A stretch of 64,000 nt of DNA from Pseudomonadota bacterium (GTDB taxonomy: Bacteria; Pseudomonadota; Gammaproteobacteria; UBA5335), in contig JAXHVN010000024.1 in the NCBI GenBank assembly GCA_034189165.1, forward strand, positions 19,818 through 83,817, written 5' to 3'. Numbering within the stretch: position 1 is the stretch's first letter; every line of letters starts with the position of its first letter. Position numbers and translations under genes: made by a program. A model generated the notes under the pieces. It did not search any database, was not told the DNA's origin, and saw only the letters and a list, made by a program, of their open reading frames with translations. Positions 44,726-52,056 of the stretch are shown one piece after another.

Positions 44726-45430
44726 TCAGCCGCACTTGGAGTCGCCGCAGTTCAGGCAGGTCAGGCAGTTGTCCATCACCACCACGGCCTTGGTGTGGCA
44801 CTTGCCGCAGAGCGTGGCGCTGGCCGGAAAGGCGCTGGCCTCGCCGCTGCTCTGGCTGCTGCGGGCCTCGTACTCGGCGCGTTTCTCCTCGATCAGCTTG
44901 AGCTGGCGCTCGTCGAGTTCGGCGTCGGGCAGCATGCCGATGAAGCGCAGATGCCGTTCGATGACATCGCCGATCTCCGCCACCAGCGAGGGCATGTACT
45001 TGCCACCCGGCCGCCAGTAGCCGCCGCGCGGGTCGAACACGGCCTTGAGCTCCTCCACCAGGAAGGTGATGTCGCCGCCCTTGCGGAACACGGCGGAGAC
45101 GATGCGGGTGAGGGCGACGATCCACTGAAAATGGTCCATCGCCTTGGAGTTGATGAAGATTTCGAACGGGCGCCGGTGCTCGTGCTCGGTGCCCTCGTTC
45201 AACACGATGTCGTTGATCGTGATGTACATGGCGTGGTCGGCCATCGGCGGCTTCATCTTGTAGGTGGTGCCGATCAGCATGTCCGGCCGCTCCAGCTTCT
45301 CGTGCATCTGCACGACGTTGCCGGCGGCGAGGGGCGCGGCGGCCTGCGCCGGTGTGGGCGTCTGGGCGGCGGGCTCTTCCTTGGCCTTGACCTTGTAATC
45401 GGTGATGCGCTTGTCGATGCGTACGGGCAT
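44726..45430 (-). CDS. nrdJb: Class II (adenosylcobalamin-dependent) ribonucleotide reductase, C-terminal polypeptide NrdJb
   Basis: Collinear with the C-terminal part of NrdJ and ends in a Cys-rich tail (CGKCHTKAVVVMDNCLTCLNCGDSKCG). ATG at 45430 with a [10 protein letters not shown]; an alternative GTG lies at 45448. Confidence 0.8.
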   Translation of the reverse strand: MPVRIDKRITDYKVKAKEEPAAQTPTPAQAAAPLAAGNVVQMHEKLERPDMLIGTTYKMKPPMADHAMYITINDIVLNEGTEHEHRRPFEIFINSKAMDHFQWIVALTRIVSAVFRKGGDITFLVEELKAVFDPRGGYWRPGGKYMPSLVAEIGDVIERHLRFIGMLPDAELDERQLKLIEEKRAEYEARSSQSSGEASAFPASATLCGKCHTKAVVVMDNCLTCLNCGDSKCG

Positions 45431-45489
45431 GTCCGGTTCTCCCGGCACCGCCGGCGTGGCGGTGCCTCTCGTGGCTGGCGGCGGCGCTA

Positions 45490-47640
45490 TCAGAAGCGGC
45501 CGTAGTAGCCCTCTTTCAGGGCGTCGTAGAGGTTCGCGGCGGTATGCGTCTCGCCGTCGTACTCGATCTGGGCATCGCCAGACACCTCGACCTGCTCGCC
45601 ATCCTCGAGCATGAAGACATACGTGGTGTTCTTCAGGTCCTGCTCCTTGACCAGCACGCCCTGGAACGCCTCGGGATTGAAGCGGAAGGTGGTGCAGCCC
45701 TTCAGACCCTGCCCATGGGCATAGAGGTAGATGTCCTTGAAGTTCTCGAAGGGGTAGTCGGTCGGCACGTTGGCGGTCTTGGAGATGGAGGAGTCCACCC
45801 AGGTCTGCGCCGCCGCCTGGATGTCCACATGCTGGTTCGGCGTGATGTCGTCGGCAGTGACGAAGTACGCCGGCAGCTGCTCCTCGGGATCCTCCGAAAA
45901 GGGCATGGCCCGCGCGTTCACCAAGGCCCGGTAGGCGAGCAGTTCATAGGAGAAGACGTCCACCTTCTCCTTGCTCTTGCGGCCCTCGCGGATGACGTTG
46001 CGCGCATAGTGGTGGGCGAAGCTCGGCTCGATGCCGTTGCTGGCATTGTTGGCCAGCGAGAGCGAAATGGTGCCGGTCGGGGCGATCGAGGTGTGATGCG
46101 TGAAGCGCCCGCCGCGCTCGGCCAGCGCCTCGACCAGTGCCGGGCGCACCTCGCCGACCCGCTGCATGTAGCGGCTGTAGCGGGCCCACAGCACGCGTCC
46201 GGGCAGCCGGTCGCCCGGCTGGTGGCCGTCGGCTGCCATCTCCGGACGCTTGCGCAGCATTTCGGCGGTGACCTCGAACGTCTCCTCCATGATCGGCGCT
46301 GCGCCCTTTTCCTCGGCCAGCTCCAGTGCCTGCTCCCAGCCCACGATCGCCATCTCGCGCGCCACCTCGTCGGTGAAGGCGACGGCCTCGGCGCTGCCGT
46401 AGGCCTTGCGCAGCATCGTCAGGGTGGAGCCCAGCCCCAGAAAGCCCATGCCGTGGCGCCGCTTGTGGGTGATCTCGTGGCGCTGCTGGCCGAGCGGCAG
46501 GCCGTTGATCTCGACCACGTTGTCCAGCATGCGGGTGAAGATGGCGACCACCGCGCGGTACTCGTCCCAGTCGAAGCGCGCCTTGTCGGTGAACGGTTCG
46601 CGCACGAAGCAGGTCAGGTTCACCGAGCCGAGCAGGCAGGAGCCGTAGGGCGGCAGCGGCTGCTCGCCGCAGGGATTGGTGGCGCGGATGTCCTCGCAGA
46701 ACCAGTTGTTGTTCTGCTCGTTCACCTTGTCGATCAGGATGAAGCCGGGTTCGGCGAAATCGTAGGTGGAACTCATGATCAGGTCCCACAGCCGCCGCGC
46801 CTTGATGGTCTTGTAGACCCTGCACGCCACCAGCCCGTCCGGCCGCACGATGTAGCCCTGATGCGTCGGCCACTCGCGCCAGATGATGTCGTCGGCCTGC
46901 TCCACGTCGAGCCCATCGGCCTCGGCTTCGGCGCGGGAGACGGGAAAGGCGAGCGGCCAGGTGCCGTTGGCCTTTACCGCGTTGATGAACTCGTCGGTGA
47001 TCAGCAGGGAGAGGTTGAACTGGCGCAGCCGGCCGTTCTCCCGCTTGGCCCGGATGAAGTCCAGCACGTCCGGATGGCCGACATCGAAGGTGCCCATCTG
47101 GGCACCGCGCCGGCCGCCGGCGGAGGAGACCGTGAAGCACATCTTGTCGTAGATATCCATGAACGAGAGCGGCCCTGAGGTATAGGCGCCGGCTCCCGAC
47201 ACGTAGGCGCCGCGCGGGCGCAGGGTGGAGAACTCATAGCCGATGCCGCAGCCGGCCTTCAGCGTCAGCCCGGCCTCGTGCACCTTCTCCAGGATGTCAT
47301 TCATCGAATCCTCGATGGTGCCCGAGACGGTGCAGTTGATCGTGCTGGTGGCCGGCTTGTGCGCCTGCGCGCCGGCATTGGACGTGATGCGCCCGGCGGG
47401 GATCGCGCCGCGCCGCAGCGCCCACAGGAAGCGCTCGTGCCAGTGCTCGCGCACGGCCGGTGCCTCGACCTCGGCCAGCGCCCGAGCCACGCGCCGGAAC
47501 GTGTGATCGACGGTCTGGTCGATCACCTCTCCGTTCTTCGCCTTCAGCCGGTACTTCTTGTCCCAGATGTCTTCGGAGGCGGGCTGTAGCGGGATCTCGG
47601 TCATGGCGCTCGGAAATAGCGTGAGCGGTGCACTGCTCAT
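45490..47640 (-). CDS. nrdJa: Class II ribonucleotide reductase, large N-terminal polypeptide NrdJa
   Basis: 716 aa with RNR barrel motifs (ATNPCGEQPLPPYGSCLLGS). AAGGAG RBS. Confidence 0.9.
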   Translation of the reverse strand: MSSAPLTLFPSAMTEIPLQPASEDIWDKKYRLKAKNGEVIDQTVDHTFRRVARALAEVEAPAVREHWHERFLWALRRGAIPAGRITSNAGAQAHKPATSTINCTVSGTIEDSMNDILEKVHEAGLTLKAGCGIGYEFSTLRPRGAYVSGAGAYTSGPLSFMDIYDKMCFTVSSAGGRRGAQMGTFDVGHPDVLDFIRAKRENGRLRQFNLSLLITDEFINAVKANGTWPLAFPVSRAEAEADGLDVEQADDIIWREWPTHQGYIVRPDGLVACRVYKTIKARRLWDLIMSSTYDFAEPGFILIDKVNEQNNNWFCEDIRATNPCGEQPLPPYGSCLLGSVNLTCFVREPFTDKARFDWDEYRAVVAIFTRMLDNVVEINGLPLGQQRHEITHKRRHGMGFLGLGSTLTMLRKAYGSAEAVAFTDEVAREMAIVGWEQALELAEEKGAAPIMEETFEVTAEMLRKRPEMAADGHQPGDRLPGRVLWARYSRYMQRVGEVRPALVEALAERGGRFTHHTSIAPTGTISLSLANNASNGIEPSFAHHYARNVIREGRKSKEKVDVFSYELLAYRALVNARAMPFSEDPEEQLPAYFVTADDITPNQHVDIQAAAQTWVDSSISKTANVPTDYPFENFKDIYLYAHGQGLKGCTTFRFNPEAFQGVLVKEQDLKNTTYVFMLEDGEQVEVSGDAQIEYDGETHTAANLYDALKEGYYGRF

Positions 47641-47716
47641 GGCTGGCTGGCTCCTTACTTTGAAGTTTGCGCCCCTTCGGCCGAGCTGTCAGGCGCTGGA
47701 CGGTGTGTGGCGGCGG

Positions 47717-47732
47717 CTACTACATGTGGTGC
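47717..47732. promoter_or_regulatory. NrdR-box-like palindrome (proximal)
   Basis: CTACTACATGTGGTGC compared with the NrdR consensus acaCwAtATaTwGtgt. It lies just downstream of a candidate promoter TTGACT-17-TAGGTT (47769..47741, minus strand). Confidence 0.45.
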
Positions 47733-47840
47733 GTGGCTAGAACCTATTCCGCCCGTGGCGGGAAGTCAAAACCTTTTTGGTTTTCTTATAAATCAATGGC
47801 TTAAAATAAAATGCAGCAGATTCAAGCGGATAGCCGATAC

Positions 47841-47856
47841 CCACTAGATATGGTGG
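47841..47856. promoter_or_regulatory. NrdR-box-like palindrome (distal)
   Basis: CCACTAGATATGGTGG matches the NrdR consensus at 12 of 16 positions. Confidence 0.45.
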
Positions 47857-48001
47857 CAGGCCGGATCGCACCGGGAGGCGGGTCCAGTGACGCGCCGGCC
47901 CGGCGCGCCCGTGGCCGCGCCGGCAGGGCGGTGGAATAATCCGCGGCGAACGGCGCGCCCGCGTGCCGCCAGAACGAATGGATCGATTGAGGAACAGCGT
48001 T

Positions 48002-49423
48002 ATGAACGAACCTCGTGTTGCCGGCCGGCAGCGATCGGCAGCCGTCCTGGCCCTGCTGGCAGGGCTCGGCCTCGCCCTGACGGCGCCGACTCCCGTGCCG
48101 GCGGCGCCACCGATCATGGCCGCCGTGGACGGGCAGGTGCCGACGCTGGCGCCGCTGGTGAAGAAGGCGACGCCGGCGGTGGTGAACATTTCGGCCACCG
48201 GCAAGGTCGAGGTGCGCAACCCGCTGATGGACAGTCCGCTGTTCGAGGATCCGTTCTTCCGCCGCTTCTTCGGCGAGCCGGAGCAGGGCACGCCGCGCTT
48301 TCGCGAGGCGCAGAGCCTCGGTTCGGGCGTGATCGTCGATGCCGAGAAGGGCTACATCCTGACCAACGCGCACGTGGTGCAGCAGGCAGACGAGATCGAG
48401 GTCACGCTGCAGGACGAGCGTGAGTTCATCGCCAAGATCATCGGTGCCGACAAGGAGACCGACGTCGCCCTGCTGCAGATCGAGGCCGACGGCCTCGCCG
48501 AGCTGCCGCTGGGCGATTCCGACAGCATGCAGGTGGGCGACTTCGTGGTCGCCATCGGCAACCCCTTCGGCCTGCGCCACACCGTCACCTCCGGCATCGT
48601 CAGCGCGGTGGGCCGCTCGGGGATCGGCAACGTCGACAGCTACCAGAACTACATCCAGACCGATGCCTCGATCAATCCCGGCAACTCCGGCGGCGCACTG
48701 GTGGACCTGCAGGGCGAGCTGATCGGCATCAACACCGCCATCCTCTCGCGCACCGGGGGCAACATCGGCATTGGCTTCGCGATTCCGTCGAACCTGGCCA
48801 AGCGGGTGATGGAGCAACTGGTCAAGTACGGCGAGGTCGAGCGGGGCCGGCTGGGGGTGATCGTGCAGAACCTCACGCCCGAGCTGGCCGAGGCGTTCGA
48901 TCTCAAGAACGACGATGGCGTGGTCATCACCGACATCGAGCCGGGCTCCTCGGCGGCCGAGGCCGGGCTGCAGGCGGGCGATGTGATCGTCGGCGTCAAC
49001 GGCCGCGAGGTGCGCAACTATCGTGACCTGCGCAACACCATCGGCCTGCTGCGGGTGGGCGAGAAGGTGCGCCTCGAGATCCTGCGCGAGGGGCGGCGAC
49101 GGGTGATCGACACCCAGGTCGGTGCCGTGCCGGAAGAGACCGTCACCGCCAGTGGCGAGGCCGAGGGCGCCGGGGATCTGCATCCGCGGCTGGCCGGCGC
49201 CACCTTTGGCAACAATCCGGACGGCGAGGGCATCGTGGTGATGGACGTCGAGCCGGCCAGCCCGGCGGCGCGCGCGGGCCTGCGGCCGGACGACCTGATC
49301 CTCTCGGTCAATCGCCAGCGCGTCGAGGATCTGGCCGCTTTCAAGCGCCGCGTGAGTGGGCAGGACCAGCTGCTGCTGTTCATCGAGCGTGGCCGCGGCC
49401 GGCTCTACCTCGCGCTGCGCTAG
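48002..49423 (+). CDS. degQ: Do-family periplasmic serine endoprotease (DegQ/DegP-like, two PDZ domains)
   Basis: Signal peptide and the catalytic triad context (TNAHVV, DVALLQI, GNSGGAL), followed by two PDZ-like domains. ATG at 48002 with a GAGGAA RBS. Confidence 0.9.
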   Translation: MNEPRVAGRQRSAAVLALLAGLGLALTAPTPVPAAPPIMAAVDGQVPTLAPLVKKATPAVVNISATGKVEVRNPLMDSPLFEDPFFRRFFGEPEQGTPRFREAQSLGSGVIVDAEKGYILTNAHVVQQADEIEVTLQDEREFIAKIIGADKETDVALLQIEADGLAELPLGDSDSMQVGDFVVAIGNPFGLRHTVTSGIVSAVGRSGIGNVDSYQNYIQTDASINPGNSGGALVDLQGELIGINTAILSRTGGNIGIGFAIPSNLAKRVMEQLVKYGEVERGRLGVIVQNLTPELAEAFDLKNDDGVVITDIEPGSSAAEAGLQAGDVIVGVNGREVRNYRDLRNTIGLLRVGEKVRLEILREGRRRVIDTQVGAVPEETVTASGEAEGAGDLHPRLAGATFGNNPDGEGIVVMDVEPASPAARAGLRPDDLILSVNRQRVEDLAAFKRRVSGQDQLLLFIERGRGRLYLALR

Positions 49424-49446
49424 CGCCGCCCGCCGGCGCTGATGCG

Positions 49447-49476
49447 ACAAAGGCCCCGCTCCGGCGGGGCCTTTGT
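49447..49476. terminator. Hairpin terminator between convergent degQ and the TauE-family gene
   Basis: ACAAAGGCCCCGC-tccg-GCGGGGCCTTTGT is a perfect 13-bp stem. Confidence 0.7.
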
Positions 49477-49576
49477 CGTCCGCTGCCCGTGCCGGGCGGC
49501 GGGTCCGGCGCGGCGGGTCCGGCGCTCAGGCCAGTCGCGGCGTCCTGCCGTGGTCCAGCGGCGGCGCGCCGCCGCC

Positions 49577-50365
49577 TCAGGCGGTGATCATCCGCAGGCC
49601 GACGATCACCAGGAACAGCGCGAACAGGCGCTTCATGCGCCGCTCCGGCCAGCGATGCGCGAGCCGCGCACCCAGCGGCGCGAACACCACCGTGGCCAGC
49701 GTGATGCCGAGGAAGGCCGGCCAGTAGACATAGCCGGTGGCGCCGGCCGGCAGGTCGGGGGCGTCCTGCCCTGCGAGCAGATAGCCGGCGGCGCCGGCCA
49801 GCGCGATCGGCAGCCCACAGGCCGCCGCCGAGCCCACTGCCTCGCGCATCGGCACCCGGCACCAGGTGAGGAAGGGCACGGTGATCGAGCCGCCGCCGAT
49901 GCCGGTCAGGGCCGAGGCCGTGCCGATCAGCAGGCCGGCGAGGCCGCGCCCGAGCCGGCCCGGCAGACGCCCGGCGGCCGGCGGCCTGAGCCCCAGGCCC
50001 ATCTGCACGGCCACCGCCAGCGAGAACAGGCCGAACAGCAGCGCCAGCGCGCGGCTCGGCAGGCGATCAGCCAGCAGCGCGCCGGTCGCCGCGCCGGCGA
50101 GGATGCCGGGCGTCATCGGCAGCACGATGTCCCAGCGCACGCCGCCGCGGCGCTGGTGGGCGGCGATCGAGGAGAGCGAGGTCACCACGATGGTGGCGAG
50201 CGAGGTGCCGAGCGCCAGATGCATCACCAGCGCCGCCGGCAGTTGCTGCCAGGCGAAGGCGGCGACGAGCACCGGCACGATGACTGCGCCGCCGCCGATG
50301 CCGAACAGGCCCGCCATGGTGCCGGCGACGATACCGGCGAGCAGATAGACCAGCAGGCTCAGCAC
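49577..50365 (-). CDS. TSUP (TauE/SafE) family anion exporter
   Basis: 262 aa with 8 TM helices and duplicated GIGGG motifs. GTG start. Confidence 0.8.
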   Translation of the reverse strand: MLSLLVYLLAGIVAGTMAGLFGIGGGAVIVPVLVAAFAWQQLPAALVMHLALGTSLATIVVTSLSSIAAHQRRGGVRWDIVLPMTPGILAGAATGALLADRLPSRALALLFGLFSLAVAVQMGLGLRPPAAGRLPGRLGRGLAGLLIGTASALTGIGGGSITVPFLTWCRVPMREAVGSAAACGLPIALAGAAGYLLAGQDAPDLPAGATGYVYWPAFLGITLATVVFAPLGARLAHRWPERRMKRLFALFLVIVGLRMITA

Positions 50366-50381
50366 GGCGGGCGTCGCCCCG

Positions 50382-51950
50382 TCAGCCGGCGTCGCCCAGC
50401 CACTGAATGCGGTAGAGATCGCGGCGCCGGTCCTGGTAGTTGTGCACCGAGCCGGCGTTGCGCAGGTCGGTCAGGGCGTCGAGATCCAGGTCGGTGATCA
50501 GTGTCATCTCGGTGTTGGGCGTGCTTTCGGCGGCGATGCCGTCGCGATCGAAGTTGAAATCCGAGGGCGTGAACACCGCCGACTGCGAGTACTGGATGTC
50601 GATGTTGTGCACCCGCGGCAGGTTGCCCACGCTGCCGGTGATGGCGACGTAGCACTCGTTCTCGATCGCTCGGGCCTGGGCGCAGTGGCGCACCCGCAGG
50701 TAGCCGGTGCGGGTGTCCGTCCAGTAGGGCACGAACAGGATCTGCGCGCCCCGCTCCGCCAGCAGTCGGGGCAGCTCGGGGAATTCCACGTCGTAGCAGA
50801 TCAGGATGCCGATGCGGCCGACGTCGGTGTCGAACACCTTGAGCTGCTCGCCGCCGGTCATGCCCCAGCAGGCGCGCTCGTCGGGCGTGATGTGCAGCTT
50901 GTACTGGCAGTCCATCGTGCCGTCGCGACGGCACAGGTAGCTGACGTTGTAGAGGGCCTGATCCTCGTACACCGGCATGCTGCCGGCGATGATGTTGATG
51001 TTGTAGCTCACCGCCAGCTCGCGCAGGTGCTCGCAGATCGCCTCGGTGTGCGTGGCCAGGCCCCGCACCGCCTCGGCGGCGTTGCCCTGGTTGTACAGGC
51101 GCATCAGCGGCGCGTTGAAGAACTCCGGGAACAGGGCGAAGTCGGACTGATAGCCGGCGAGGGCGTCGACGAAGAATTCGGCCTGCTGCAGCAGGTCATC
51201 CAGATCGTTGGTGGCCCGCATCTGCCACTGCACCGTGCCGACGCGCACGATGCGCTTGGCGGCACCGATCAGTGGTGGCTTCGCCGCCTGGTAGTGGATG
51301 TTGCTCCATTCCACCAGCGTGGCGTAGGCGTGCGAGTCGCGGTCCTCGGGCAGATAGCCGGTGATGATGCGCCGCACGTGGAAGTCGTTCGCCAGCTGGA
51401 AGGAGAGGATCGGATCGCGCAGCTCGCGCATCCGCACCTGTTCGATGTAGGCCTCCGGCGTCATCTCCCCGGCATGGCGGGCATAGCCGGGGATGCGCCC
51501 GCCGGCGACGATGGCCCGCAGGTTCAGCCGCCGGCACAATTCCTTGCGGGCGTCGTACAGACGCCGGCCAAGGCGCAGGTCGCGATACTCCGGATGCACG
51601 AACACATCCACGCCGTAGAGCACATCACCCCGCGGATCGTGCGTGGTGAGGTAGCCCTTGCCGGTGATCTGCTCGTAGGTATGCTGATCGCCATAGCGGG
51701 CGTAGTTGACGATCAGGCTCAGCGCCCCGGCCACCACCCGGCCGTTGTCCTCGATGCAGATCTGGCCCTCGGGGAAGTGGCGCAGCTGCGAGAGGAACTG
51801 ATCGCGCTCCCACGCGCCGCCGAGATCGCCGGGATACACGGCGTCCATGATGGCCTTGAGGTCGTCATAGTCCTCGGCCCGCAGGGTGCGCAGGCGCAGG
51901 CGGTACTCATCGGCTTCGGGGCTGGGGGACAGCTCGGCGCTCTCTGGCAT
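50382..51950 (-). CDS. Bifunctional GNAT N-acetyltransferase / carbon-nitrogen hydrolase (nitrilase superfamily) protein
   Basis: N-terminal GNAT core (VDVFVHPEYRDLRLGRRLY) and a C-terminal CN-hydrolase domain (FPEFFN, ILICYDVEFPE). ATG at 51950; an alternative GTG lies at 51956. Confidence 0.8.
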   Translation of the reverse strand: MPESAELSPSPEADEYRLRLRTLRAEDYDDLKAIMDAVYPGDLGGAWERDQFLSQLRHFPEGQICIEDNGRVVAGALSLIVNYARYGDQHTYEQITGKGYLTTHDPRGDVLYGVDVFVHPEYRDLRLGRRLYDARKELCRRLNLRAIVAGGRIPGYARHAGEMTPEAYIEQVRMRELRDPILSFQLANDFHVRRIITGYLPEDRDSHAYATLVEWSNIHYQAAKPPLIGAAKRIVRVGTVQWQMRATNDLDDLLQQAEFFVDALAGYQSDFALFPEFFNAPLMRLYNQGNAAEAVRGLATHTEAICEHLRELAVSYNINIIAGSMPVYEDQALYNVSYLCRRDGTMDCQYKLHITPDERACWGMTGGEQLKVFDTDVGRIGILICYDVEFPELPRLLAERGAQILFVPYWTDTRTGYLRVRHCAQARAIENECYVAITGSVGNLPRVHNIDIQYSQSAVFTPSDFNFDRDGIAAESTPNTEMTLITDLDLDALTDLRNAGSVHNYQDRRRDLYRIQWLGDAG

Positions 51951-52056
51951 GCGCACGCTCCGGCAGGCAAACGTCTATGATACCAAGGCCCTCGGCCAGG
52001 GCCGGCCGCGCCGGCGGCCATACCGCTCATGTCACCCGCGTGAACCAAGGCATCCG

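Noticed and set aside
47641-47960. A possible riboswitch or tRNA in the nrdJa-degQ intergenic region.
   Set aside because: There is no tRNA-like T-arm or anticodon architecture and no B12-box. The region is better explained by promoter elements and NrdR-like boxes.
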